A stretch of DNA of 64,000 nucleotides from positions 86,492,001-86,556,000 of the forward strand of contig CM052817.1 of assembly GCA_028534125.1 (NCBI GenBank). The letters run 5' to 3'. The notes under the pieces were generated by a model. The model did no database searches. It saw only the letters and a program-made list of their open reading frames with translations, and had not been told where the DNA came from. Below, one piece after another: positions 12,901-25,514 of this stretch (position 1 is its first letter; each line of letters starts with the position of its first letter). Both the position numbers and the translations under genes were made by a program. This DNA comes from Lama glama (taxonomy: Eukaryota).

Positions 12901-14624
12901 AAAAATAATAAATACAGCTTGTTAATTGTACCATTTTATTTCTAGATTATAAAGTTGAAATCAAAGGCAGGGCTAATATAATATACAGTCAGAGTAGTTA
13001 ATAGGTTGAAAAACATTGATCCTTATGTTTAAAATTTAAGGTTGATGTGCTGTTTTTACTTGCCTTTTATTTCATGCTCCATACAGCTACTTTCTATATA
13101 CAATATAGTTTTTTTCTTTCCCAAAGTGACATTAAAAACTAATTGTAGTTCCTAACATCAACAAGATATAAAAATCTATGTTGAATAATGTATACTTGAT
13201 AAAGTCAGTGTTATTTTAATGAAGTTTAATATTAGTATACTTTTGTACTGTTTCTTTCAGAGGATTAAATACTTCATTAGTAAAACTTTACTATCAGAAG
13301 GAGAAAACATTACCATCAAATATTTAGAAGAAATGAAGAGGATTTTAAAAGTTCCTGCCACATGTGAAATCCTATGAAAAAGATAGGCAAATGTAGGACC
13401 TTAGAGTGAAATTTTCAGAAAGCACAGAAAGAAAATTCAAGACTAGATTATACCATGATTTATATCAGGAAGGAAAAGTGGTTTTAATTAATTTATTCAT
13501 CTATAATGTTCAGAGCTATAAATTGGGGGTATAATTTGTATCCAGCCACTGATATTTGTAAATCTAATTTGTTAGTGTATATTAAATTTAATTTATACAC
13601 AATTTAATTCATGACAAACTTATGAATACATATTTTGTATGACCAGTTTAGTAAATACTTTGGAACATTACTTTATAAGTAACAATATTAATTTTAAGAA
13701 CAAGAATTATATAGTAACCCTTATGCCCAGTTACACTCAAAAGTATCTATTTTGAGAAACTTAAGATTTCATTAGACAAATAATTACTATCTAGTGTAGG
13801 ACATACATGGAAGCATACAAATAGTGTATAATGTGAGTTGTGCAAAATATAAAAGAGAAATATTATGTATAAACAAATAATATTTTGAACATCATCTTTA
13901 GGAAATTAAAGTTTAGCAAATGAAGAAGGGACACATTTCTGGAAACCATCATTTACATCATTCACAAGGTGTTACCACAAACTATGTATGAAGGGTCTCT
14001 AGAAGAAAAAGCAAAACTGCACCTTGTATGATGACCTTATAAATTCTAAACCATTACACAAGGAATTTGTCAGATGTTAAAAACAAATATACAAGTTGCT
14101 ATGCTGTGGTCACTTACGGGCTTCTTTACAAACTTCTTTACAATTTTTTTAAAATTTAGAATTGGATTACCTTCTTTCATTTCATATTAAATGTAAAAAT
14201 ATCCACTAACATCTAAGCTTTAAGTAATTTTATTAATTGAATACAAAAGTATGTGTAAAATTTATGTATACATTTATTGTATATAATCTGCCCCATATTT
14301 TGTTATGATTTTTAAAATACTCATTTTTAAGATAAAATACTGTTTAATATAAAAATTATTTACCATATAGCATATTTTGTTTCTTAATGCTTATATGTCC
14401 TAGAATGAATTAGGGAAAAAGATGAGGAGGGAACACTACTGTATGTCTTTCCCAAATTACCATTATAGGGTGTTTTTTCTTTTCCTAATCTATTTTTTTA
14501 AATTGCATCTGAATGGCCATGGGTTCTTTTTTTTTTTAATGAATGAAAGATTATTTAAATTCTATAGTGCTTTACAGTTTTCAAAAGTTGCACTCACATT
14601 ATTTCATCTAATTCTGTTACAACT

Positions 14625-14716
14625 CTTTTCCCCTCTACCCCTTTGTTTCCCCTTCCCCTTCCCTCTCCCCACTGGTAACCACTAGTTTGTTTTCTAGATC
14701 TGTGAGTCTGGTTCTT
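14625..14716 (-). mobile_element. Small L1 3'UTR fragment, next to a MIR-like remnant at ~14545-14624
   Basis: ccctctccccactggtaaccactagtttgttttctagatctgtgagtctg matches the L1 3'UTR segment also seen at 25740-25780. Confidence 0.7.
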
Positions 14717-15132
14717 GAATGGCCTTGGGTTTTTGAAGTTCTTTAGCAATCACATAATTTTTTTAAAAATTCCTTTTTATTAAAAGAATTTAAAGAACAC
14801 AACTTGTAAATAGCACATCTGAGATTCAAACGACTGTTTGTTTGATTTAAAAAAGTCATTAAATCACAGTGTTATCCCATTGTACCATACTGTCTTTTGG
14901 AAACAAATTTTCCACTCAAATACTGTTAGGTGACAAACTTGGATAGTCTTACTGGCTCATTTTTTTTTCCCTTGCAGCTGAGCAGATATTTGACTAAGAA
15001 GATCCAAGTTAACTAAACAGAGAAACAGGGTGACACCAGTCACTGGCCCCCAGAGGCTCCCCTTCACTAAAAAAATCACTTCACAACCAGAAATTTGCAT
15101 CGTTACATAAACGGATAGATACTTCTGGCTTT

Positions 15133-15165
<33 letters not shown>

Positions 15166-15180
15166 TGACAGTCACTGACA
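15133..15180. repeat. Compound (GATA)n(GACA)n microsatellite
   Basis: tagatagatagatagacagacagacagacagactgacagtcactgaca read directly from the sequence. Confidence 0.9.
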
Positions 15181-15189
15181 TTTGGAACT

Positions 15190-15620
15190 TGAGAAAGAGC
15201 AAGATTGGAATAGACTGGAGATGAGAAGGGTGACAGATTAATATTTTACATTACTTTAAGTGACTCTGGATCATTTGAAAATGACTGGTAAAAAGTATGT
15301 ATTCATGACTGAACTGTACATTCATAGAGGTTATAGAGTTGAGCATTGTACAAACTGATAAGTTTATATATAGCTTCAGTTTTGTCTGGAGACATGAGGA
15401 TGTAAGTAGTATCTAAAGCCATGTTTATACAGGAAATTCTCCTGGTAGAGCAGAAAAAGACATGAATCAGAGATAAACAGAGGAAAGTATGGCCTGACTG
15501 GCCCCTAGATAGCAAGAGGGGTAAGTTTCAATAAGTAAAGGATAGTTAGATATGTCAGACCCCATGGAGAGGTCAGTCAGGAGACAAAATGAAAAATGCA
15601 CATGGTTTTAACAGTGTGCT
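15190..15620 (-). mobile_element. Degraded L2 fragment
   Basis: Purine-rich text with reverse-L2 hallmarks (tatctaaagccatg..ggaaattctcctgg; gagaggtcagtcaggagac..catggttttaacagtgtg). Confidence 0.55.
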
Positions 15621-15762
15621 TTGTGTACTACAGTTCTGTAATATGTTTTTTGTTTGTTTGTTTCCATTAGAGTTTATAGGGATATCAGGATTAGTCCGGC
15701 GGTATTCTGTGGCCTGAGAAGAGCAGGATGTCTGTTGCCTTTTAACATAGTCATGGAGAGAA

Positions 15763-16275
15763 TGAGAAGTTGTGGTATATTATACAACAGAAAACTACTC
15801 AGCCATAAAAATATAATAAAATAATGCCATTTGCAGCAACATGGATGAACCTGGAGATTGTCATTCTAAGAGAAGTAAGCCAGAAAAAGAAAAATACCAC
15901 ATGATATCACTTATATGTGGAACCTATAAAAAAAAAGACAAATGAACTTATTTACAAAACAGAAACAGACTCACAGACAGAAAACAAACTTACAGTTACC
16001 AGGTGTGAAAGGGAGTGGGAAGGGGTAAATTGGGAGTTTTAGATTTGCAGTTACTAATATACATAAAATAGATAAATAACAAATTTATAGTGTATAGCAT
16101 AGGGAACTATAGTAACTATGTTCAACATCTTGTAATAACTTGTGTTGAAAAAGAATATGAAAATGAATGTATGTGTGTTCCTGTATGACTGAAGTATTGT
16201 TCTGTACACTGGAAATTGGCACAGCATTGTAAAATAAGTATACTTCAAAAAAAAATACAAACAAAAAGAAAAGAA
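15763..16275 (+). mobile_element. Young 5'-truncated LINE-1 3' end (same family as 1874-2470)
   Basis: Near-colinear with 1965-2460 (ataatgccatttgcagcaacatggatgaacctggagattgtcattctaagagaagtaagccag..). Ends tacttc followed by an A-rich tail. Confidence 0.95.
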
Positions 16276-16589
16276 ACAATGAGCTGAAAGTAAGCCAATG
16301 TGAAGTCCAAGGGGAACAGTCAAGTGGGAGGGTGCCATGGTAAGATTCTAATCTCTGAGTAAATACATGGCTCAGGGGTACATATGAAACCCTAGTAAGA
16401 TTAAAAAAAAAACCTGATATATCAAAAATAATAAGTATAAAAAGAAGTGAAGCTTCTTTTAAAACCATGGGGTGATCAATAGGAACCATAGCAGTTTTTA
16501 AATGAAATTTTACATCAGTTTGTGTCTGCATGTTGAGTGAATAAGTGTGATGATTCAGAGAGAGGGAAGGAATGAAACATAGTGTGGAG

Positions 16590-16895
16590 TTTGGAGAGAG
16601 AGATTGATTTTAACCAATTGGCTTATGCAGTACTAGGGGCTGGAAACTCAGGCAAGATTTCAGTTACAGTCTTGAGGCAGAATTCCCTCTTTGTGAAAAC
16701 TGTTTTTGTTTTTAAGACCTTTTAGCTGACTGAATAAGACCCACCCACTTTATTAAGGTTAATCTTTAGTTAAGTCAACTGATTGCAAATGTTAATCACA
16801 TCTTCAAAATACCTTCACAGTGCCATCTAATGTTTGACCAAACAACTGGGCTCCATAGCCTAGCCAAGTTGAACCATACGACTAACCTTCATTAC
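16590..16895 (-). mobile_element. MLT2-family (ERVL) LTR
   Basis: MLT2 hallmarks: gagagattgattttaa..ttggcttatgca, aagtcaactgattgcaaatgttaatcacatc, tgtttgaccaaacaactggg..catagcctagccaagttga. Confidence 0.85.
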
Positions 16896-17624
16896 ACTGT
16901 TTTCGTTTGTTGGTTGGTTGGTTTGTTTTTATTGAAGCATAGTCAGTTTACAATGTTGTGTCAATTTCTGGTGTACAGCATGATGGTTCAGTCCTACATT
17001 TACGTAAATATATTTGTTTTCTTATTCTTTTTCATTATAGGTAACTATAAGATATTGAATATAGTTCCCTGTGCTATGCAGAAGAAACTTCTTGTCTATT
17101 TATTTTATATATAGTAATTAGTATCTGCAAATCTTGAACTACCTATTTATCCCTTCCCACTTTCTACCCTGGTAACCGTAAGCTAGCTTTCTGTCTATGA
17201 GTCCATTTCTGTTTTGTAAATAAGTTTATTTGACTTTTTTTTACGTTCCACATATAAGTGATATCATATAGTATTTTTCTTTCTCTTTCTGACTTTCTTC
17301 ATTTAGAATGACAATCTCCAGGTCCATCCATGTTGCTTCAAATGGCATTATTTTATTCTTTTTTGTGGCTGAGATTCATATTGTATAAATATACCACAAC
17401 TTCTTTATCTAGTCATCTGTCAGTGGACATTTAGGTTGCTTCCATGTCTTGGCTATTGTAAATAGTGCTACTGTGAACATTTGGGTACATGTATCTTTTC
17501 GAATTAGAGTTCCCTCTGGATATATGCCCAGGAATGGGATTTCTGGATCATATAGTAAGCCTATTTTTTTTAGCTTTTTGAGGAATCTCCATACTGTTTT
17601 CATAGCAGCTGCACCAAACTACAC
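16896..17624 (-). mobile_element. LINE-1 3' end (ORF2 C-terminus plus 3'UTR)
   Basis: ORF 17409..17603(-) reads [45 protein letters not shown], the L1 ORF2 C-terminus. A T-rich tail lies at the left end, and a degenerate TSD tacactg(gg)tttt flanks both sides. Confidence 0.95.
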
Positions 17625-18019
17625 TGGGTTTTTGATATTGCTATTTCATAACTGGTAATCTTAGGCTAAATATTAGCATGAATGTGCCTTATGTTATGTC
17701 ATCAATAAAATAAATATGGAACAGTATCTTTCTCATGGGGAGATCTTAATTTTTATATATATACATAAGGACTTAAATACTTAGGCCAGTGTAAACAGTC
17801 AATGTTATGTATTACTAATCTTTTATTATTATATGATGCTACTAAAACCATGTTTCCTAAATTAGAAAACTGCCTCAAGTAGTGTCAGTTATACATATCT
17901 CACTGAAACTGGCTGTGGCAAAAGGGATAACTAGACATAGTTTAGTGTTTATGTACTTTCATTATTAATCAAGAAGAAATAAGAATAGCTTTTTAAGTCA
18001 TGAAATATGAAAAATTATG

Positions 18020-18340
18020 GCAATACAAAACAAAGGAAGGCAGAAAGAAGCTATAAATAAAAACAAAAGCAGAAGTTTATGAGTTTGAAATGAATAAATA
18101 AAAGTTGATAAATCTAGGAGCTGCCTTTTCAAAAAAGAAATAAAATAGAAAATTATTCAAGGTTATTAAGTATAATTAATAAATAGAAAATAGGAATACA
18201 CAAAAATAGAAATGATAAAGTTGAAAACAGAGGAGAGTGGTAAGCATTAACCAAAGCCATGAGTAACTATGGTAATAAAATATTTAGATGTAATAAAATG
18301 GATGTTTTTCATATAACACACAATTTATCATAATTGTTGA
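18020..18340 (+). mobile_element. Old L1 (L1M) ORF2 remnant
   Basis: A-rich text resembling the L1 ORF2 segment between the EN and RT domains (aaataaaaacaaaagcagaa..gataaatctaggagctgccttttcaaaa..aaaatggatgtttttc). Confidence 0.55.
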
Positions 18341-19454
18341 AAGAAAAGGATGATAACTAAACCTGTCTGAAAACCATGAGAGAAATGAAAACACTTTCAA
18401 CTTACAGTAAATTAGGATATAAAGTATGACGAACTTATGGTGCCATCCCTTTATAAGAATACTCATAACTTCAATAAAATATGAGCCTTTGTTTCCTTGT
18501 GGTGAAAGAGAGATGTGCATCACATGTAATCAGTAAATTAGCTGGCCCTGAGAGCCAGTGTTACTATGAATTTAAGTCAACAGAAAGGTCTTGATGAACA
18601 GAAGCATTGTTTGATTTGTTTGTTTACTTTCTATTGGTTGGCATCCCTAGATGCTATGTAGTTGAAAGCCATACTCATTTTTTTAGATATTTAAAAATAT
18701 TTCTCTACTTTGGTAATTGACAAGTATCTCAAAAATTTTGTGCTTCTTAAGTCTCGAATGCTTTTTAAACCAAATTACTCTAATGGGGATTTTAGACCTC
18801 AAACATCACTTTTAATGCCTATTAAGGTTTGGAATTATGTCAACAAAATTATCAAGTATACTCAACAATAATATATAATCAATAAATTTAAGTTGATATT
18901 TTGTAAGCCTTTCTAAATAAAATTTTATAACATTTCATTTGAAGCATCTCTAAATTTCTGTCGTTAAAAATACCTCAGTGTTCGCATTTCAATTAATATT
19001 AACAAATATGATAAATAAATTTAACAAAGCAATTACATAAAATATGATCTTGAACTTTTACAGAAAGGACTTATAAGGCAGTTAAAAGCAACTTCCTGTA
19101 AGATGTGATGTTGGCCCACATATAGGAAATTATAAAAACTTTATGAAATAATTTTTTGGAATTTCCTAAAAAAAGATTCTTAATGTCAAAGTCAGTTCAT
19201 ATTATAATAATAAAAATCATTTCATTTTTAAGGCAGCAGCTCTGATAGAATCTATAAAAATGTTACTGCTATATCCTGATAATTTACGATGACAAGTCAA
19301 CAATTTTCATTCTGATCGAGGCATGTGTAAACAGCATGATGTAGTCTTACACTGAAGGCTTTTTATACAATACCCAGTTTGAAACCACTTTTGCAGTATT
19401 TGAATTTACCTGTGTTCATTGTGTACCATTAAATAGGACATTGTATTTGTTCAC

Positions 19455-19596
19455 TCAGAACCCTCAGAAGGAACCAACCATGCTGATGTTAATTTCAGAC
19501 TTCTAGCCTCCAAAACTGTGACATCATAAATGTATCTTGTTTTTAAAGTCACGAGTTAGTGGTACTTAGCTATAACAGCCCTAGGAAACTGATAAT
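19455..19596 (+). mobile_element. MLT1 (MaLR) LTR 3' part
   Basis: cagaaggaaccaaccatgctga..tttcagacttctagcctccaaaactgtga..tataacagccctaggaaactga is the canonical MLT1B/C 3' end. Confidence 0.85.
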
Positions 19597-21444
19597 AGTT
19601 ACTAAAGATGCTAATCATGATTGGGTCATGTGGATGGATTATGGGGAGGTGTGGTATATACTATCTTCTCATATCTCCTTTATGAACTCTTACACTAAAA
19701 GTATTTTATTTGAGGAAAAGTTTACCCTCTCCATTTTGGTCTCATATCCTTGAAAACTCAGAAGGCACCCTGAACCATTTATTATTTGCACAAAAATTTT
19801 TATTAGATGAATCACTGTTTATGAGTATATTTAAGTATATAATCTATATAAAATTAACTGAGATAACTTGGTTTTGTAGGGACTTCTGGGAACATTGATT
19901 AAATATAAATATGTGATAAACACATGTGTGTTTACACATGTATATTTAGTTTAAATCTAACTTTTTAAGAAATTATGTCAAAAGATTTACTAGTGTTGGA
20001 GAATGCTAGAATTTAATAATCACAAATTATCTGATTGAACTAAAATCGTGTGATTATGCGCTTTGAATCTAATGTAACACAGTCATGCTTCAAAATATAG
20101 TCCACTTAATCAGTTTATCCCATATTTTTACAGGGCTTATGTTGTTGTTTCCTTATATTTATCAGTGAATGGAGAAGTCTCTCTTCATCAGGTATTTATG
20201 AGTAAATTATGCCTGGATTTTACTGCTTCTTTTCATTATTAATTTGTGCTAAAGAAATATATACATATTTTTAGCTGAAACACTGAAGTATGCAAATATT
20301 ACCATTCCTGTGATTCAGCATAAATTGATATAGGAAGTGATTCAATGGAACTTTCTGCTTCATTATTTTTCTATGCTTGTTGAATCTACTCTTCTAAGAA
20401 CTGTATTTCTAAATTCAGTTTTCTGTTTGGGTATGTACAATATGTGACTATGTCTAGTCTCAATACTGAGGAGTTTCTTTCTGTGACTTTGAAGAGATAC
20501 GCAACAGCATGTCAAGATCCTGCCATGTCATGGAGAACTATTGTCAAGTCAGCAGAGTGCTCTGTTAGTTCAAGATAAATCCAGAGTATTGGGGACAATT
20601 CAGGTCAATGTGACTTCTTAGAATCAGCAGATGTTTTCTGTCCATAGATATTCACATGACAGAGTCCCTTTTGAAATCTATGGCTCCATTACATTAAAAG
20701 CACTTCAGATGAGGTAGTCCTGCCTCTCCAGTGCTCTAGCTTCTTCTGTAACTCTTGACCCTCCAAATTAGGGCTTTGCAGTTTCTTGACTATATTTCTG
20801 TTTTAGTTCTTAATATATCACAACTTCCTCATCAATAAGTATATCTTCAGTATGACTAAAGAATTTTTCATATTGTGTGGTACCATATTTAGGCTTCTCC
20901 TGATGGATATCCTCAACATTGTTTTTTTATATCTCTTTAATCAATTTGATTAGGGTGTATGTCTGCATGTATGCCCTTGTGTGTTTTCTAGATGAGTGGT
21001 GGTATTGAACACCTTTGTAGAAACCATCCCCTTTTCAAATGATATAAGTAGAATTTTCATCTCTACAACTGAATAAATTCTATGAGACTGTAAACAATAC
21101 AGTCATGTCCAAGAATGGAGAAATGTCTCTGATATAAAGTACAATTTGAGAGTCTATAAATTGTATTTATACCATATTTACAACTAAATATAATACATAG
21201 AGGGAAAAATAGATGCATGTTGTATTAGCAGTGCTGCTAAGATAATAAAAATATTTTTCACTTCTCTCCAGACTTTATAGATATTATTTCCTTTTTTTTC
21301 CTATAAAAACTGGAGTGTGAACAAGTAAAATATGTTGTTGCTACTGTCTAATAATATTTAGTACTTAGTATTTACTAAGAAATATATTAGGCATTTTACC
21401 TAAATTTTGAAAATTAAATGTATAAACCATTTTTCAAGGTAAAC

Positions 21445-21575
21445 ATGACCTACTTTTCTTAGATGAGGTCATTGAGATTTAGGCATATTAAGTGACTCCT
21501 GAAATTTATGTAGCTGTTAACTGACAAAACTAGCATTCAAATCCAGAATTCTAGGATTTTGTGGTTCTCTACTGT
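21445..21575 (-). mobile_element. MIR
   Basis: MIR core-like tagatgaggtcattgagatttagg..attaagtgact..ctagcattcaaatccag. Confidence 0.65.
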
Positions 21576-21773
21576 TCTGTAAAACAACAATGCCACTCAG
21601 AAAGCTCAAGTCTGTAACCCCCATCAAGATACCTATGCAGATGTAAGTGAGAAGAACTGGTTTTAAAAATACAATACAGTCATGTATTTTAACTTGGTTT
21701 TTAATGACACTGCTTCTTAGTGACATGTGAAATTAGAAATATTTGCGTTTTTTTTACTTACAAAACAACTCAC

Positions 21774-21977
21774 AGGGACCAAAATAAGGGACTGCTGTTC
21801 TAATATTGATGTTTACATAATAATATTGTTTTATTCTTGTCCTTTTATCAAACTGATATGAATGAAATTGATTTAATGAAAATACATAGCAGCTAATAGT
21901 TACATGTATTTCAAGTTCTTCAGTAATAAAATATTCCTTACCTAGAAAGAGAAACCAGAAAATACCTTCAAATTAAG
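21774..21977 (-). other. Candidate recursive splice site / cryptic 168-nt exon
   Basis: Minus strand reads cttaat (branch-like, A at 21973)..tattttctggtttctctttctag|GTAAGG. A downstream donor CCT|gtgagt starts at 21773. No transcript evidence is available. Confidence 0.35.
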
Positions 21978-24744
21978 TGAAAATTACTAGTAATGTGTGA
22001 AATAAATTTTTTAACTATAAGAATTATTAAAAAAAATAAAAATTGTATAATTTGAAACAGAATTAAGAAAACCAATTCAAACACATCCTTGTAGAACATG
22101 TTTTTCATCTATTGAGCATTAAAGTAAAATCCAGGTAACTCAATGACAGGATCATGTGTATTTGCTTATGAATTACTATCTGATCAACTTGGTATTTTTT
22201 GATGCTAATTAGTTTGCACCAACATTTACCCTATCCGGCCTTAAACAAAACAGAAGGCTCATGAGGATGAAGTACAAATTTTGCAAATGTTAAAGGAATA
22301 AAGCATCTGCAAGATATTTTGCATAACCATCATAGAATATATCCCAAAAGGCATTGTTTGAAACTACAAAAAGGTTTGTTATTCATATCAAAATGAATAC
22401 CATACAGTACATTTGGGGGATCAAAATATATTGCATTCTAATTCTTCTCATATGTCCTAGATTTTCACGTGAAAGGAAATGTAGCTTTCATAGGTCGCCT
22501 GCTATTTTGGATTATACATAGTATTTCCATTTATAACATGATGTATTTACTTCACAGATGAAAGAGGTTAATTATCTTACGAAAGTTAGCATAAGATTGG
22601 GAATGAGATAGAAGGTTAAGGCTTATGAATACCGGCACAAAGTCCCTTTCATTAAATTATACGTTCTCCTTTCTAAATAGAGGCTGCTTCATACAGGTAT
22701 AAAAATAATCGTCTCCTAAAACTGTTGTGAACCTGCAAATGGTTAACTGTAAATACATTATTTCCATAAATGATACATAAATTCCAAGTAAAAATTATTT
22801 ATGTATTCTTTATTAAAGTATAGCTCAGGCTCTATTATTCTCAAACTAAAAATAAAGTCATTTATTAGCCAGAAAAAAACTTTTGCTTGTATACACATAA
22901 GTCATCTCAAGATAGAATTACTTCTGTTATTAATATTTGTGTTATTTCAACACAGTGTTACAGTATTAATAGGGTATTTTAACACTTCCGTCCAGTTAGA
23001 AAATACAGCTCACAAGAGCTACCATAATAGATACATTTCATAATCATATGAATAGCTATTATTAAACATTTTAATAAAAATAATAAAGATATTTGTAAAC
23101 AAAAAAGTCTAAGTGAGTTTGGAATTCAGCGTAATGTGTTTGAGTCCAGAGCTTCTACTTTTAACTGTTATCTCATAAGTAAAGCTTTGAATGATATTAT
23201 TTACTTGAAAAGTGAAATCAGATTTAATAGACATTGAGATCTTGAAATAAAAAGATGTGCACAAATATATTGCTGTAGTATATGCAATATAATTTACTGT
23301 AAAATATAGCACAAATGTGACATAAGTATATATATACATGTATATATAACATAAAGTATATCAAGAAGACAGCATTTGAAATAGCTTAATCAGCAGTCCA
23401 CACTCCAGAGATAGCTACATATTTTAAATACCATTACAAAGACAATGAAAGCATGAAGAATTGTAAATCTGTTTCAGTTGATGAAATGAATGGCATTCAA
23501 TGTATATACGTATGAGTACATTATAAACGTTTTGGCCACCCCAGCATCCTGCTATCTTGAAAGTAGTGCTGTACTCTGAGGCTGCAGTGTACAGTTCTGC
23601 TCTCTTTTCTCCTTCACTTACAAGGGGTTCATTTTTTTGACTCAACCAAAAGGTTTACTGCTCTAGTGCAGGTTTATTTTGGTATGCACCTAACAGTTAC
23701 ACTAGTATGTTTGCATTTCTGAGGGGGTGCTTAACTAGGAGAACAGTTGTGTAGCAAGTTTTTCCTTCTCTCCCACCCTCACTTTTCACTAATCAGTGTT
23801 TGCATTTTACATATTTGGCAGATTTTAATCAAATATGATATTTTCACCATTAATAAGCCACATCGTGCTTGCTGTTTGCTAAATTGTTTTGTTTATTGAA
23901 TTGATTTCATTCAGAAAGTATGTATTGATGTACTGCTAACAGTTCTAATGGCACTAATGGTATTAATGGGTAAGGGACAAAATAGAAGACCAAGTAGCTA
24001 CCCTACAGATATATTGAAAGGGATAGATTTAAACAAAGTAGCATTACTAATAAATTGTGTGATATAAAAACATTATTCAAAGATCATGTCACATCATAGA
24101 GAGAATCTGTGCACTTTATGAAAGCAAATAAAGAATGAAATGCCTTGAAGGACACACAGGACACTACCTTTTGTTAATCATAGTATATTATAGAGGATTT
24201 AGCAGAAGAAATGACAGAATAAGCACAGGAGTTAAAATATTATGAATGCCTCAGGGATTTTCTAATTCAGTTATGGAGGCAAAACTACAATGGAAAATAA
24301 TAGTCAGAATCGTCAAATGTACACCCTTACCTCTCCATATAAAGACACATACACATATCAAGCCTCATATGCTAATTTTAAATGTAATTAATATTCAGAG
24401 GCTAAAAGGAACTAAGGCAGGCTGTACTTGTCTTGTGTGATTTCAAGTAGCAAATGGGATCTGAGCTAGACATCAGACATGTCAAAAGCATTGAAAGAAA
24501 ATGGGGAGAAGGGAAATATCGGAATGTAATAGTGAAAAATACCCGAGAGCTGAATGGCAAAGGAATTAGAATAGAAAGGATTACAATGTCTAAACAGAAT
24601 CAGCGAGAAAATGTTCACCTTTAAAGAAATATTTTAAATACGTTCACATATGTGTATATATGTGTGTGTATAGGTATACTATGTAAAAAAAATGCAAATC
24701 TAAATATTCCAAAGAGTTAACTCTCTGAGGAGTTATATAGCTCA

Positions 24745-25020
24745 TTATACTCTGTGAAGACTTCCAGGCACCTAGGTTTTCTTCTTACTTACTGTTCTGC
24801 TCTCCTACAGGGTGTCTTACTCACCTGCTTGGTAGTGGGTGGTTCACTAACAGCACATCTGTTTTCCTTGGGAATGAAGACAGAAAGTAGATAGAAGACC
24901 ATCATTTTAATTCTTAAAATTTGTGACCAGAAGCGGCTCCTATCCTATTGGCTTGAATTTAGTCACATGGCCGTCTCTGGCAGGAAGACAAGATAGGGAA
25001 GGAGGTTTCTAGCTTTGCAT
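24745..25020. mobile_element. Old MaLR LTR (MLT1J/K-like)
   Basis: cctattggcttgaatttagtcacatggcc..gggaaggaggtttctagct resembles the MLT1J/K motif cattggccagaacttagtcacatggcc. Confidence 0.65.
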
Positions 25021-25514
25021 TAAGTCGTTTTGCTACATGGAAAAAGGGAAAATAGGTAATGAAGAAAAATTAAAAGTCTGTCGTAAGAGTAAACCAGTAA
25101 AAACTTAAAAACAAAATTAATTAAAGTGGTTTTTGGAGACAAGTGTTAGGGAGAGGGTGAATGATGAGGGAACTCTTGATTTTCATAATTAAACTGTTAT
25201 GTAATTATTTGGTGTCTAAAAATCATATTGTATGTGGTGCTTTGATGGTATTTTATAAGTTAAACCACAAAACAATATATGACATTGGGAAATGTGAGGG
25301 AAAAACGGGAAAGTGAGCAAAGAAAGACATAGTGTCAACATTAAAATATGAGCATTAGGAAATATATAATGCTGTAGGACTTTCTAATGCAAAAGTTAAT
25401 GTCTAGAGATTTGGATAGTGTTATAGGAAGAAATAGAGAAATTTCTGATTTTCCCAAGGTTAATAAAATAGAAGTACTCCCTTTTCACCAACACATACAG
25501 CATGGCCCCTTAAT

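Noticed and set aside
16054..16531. 148-aa and 94-aa minus-strand ORFs
   Set aside because: Largely antisense to an L1 3'UTR and A-tail. The Phe/Leu richness comes from T-tracts.
19300..19360. FHSDRG, resembling an integrase catalytic-core motif
   Set aside because: Only six residues match, the frame closes within ten codons, and there is no surrounding integrase similarity.
23615..23740. Minus-strand exon-like segment ending CTT|gtaagt
   Set aside because: It has stops in all three frames and a weak exonic donor side. Nothing supports it beyond the motif.
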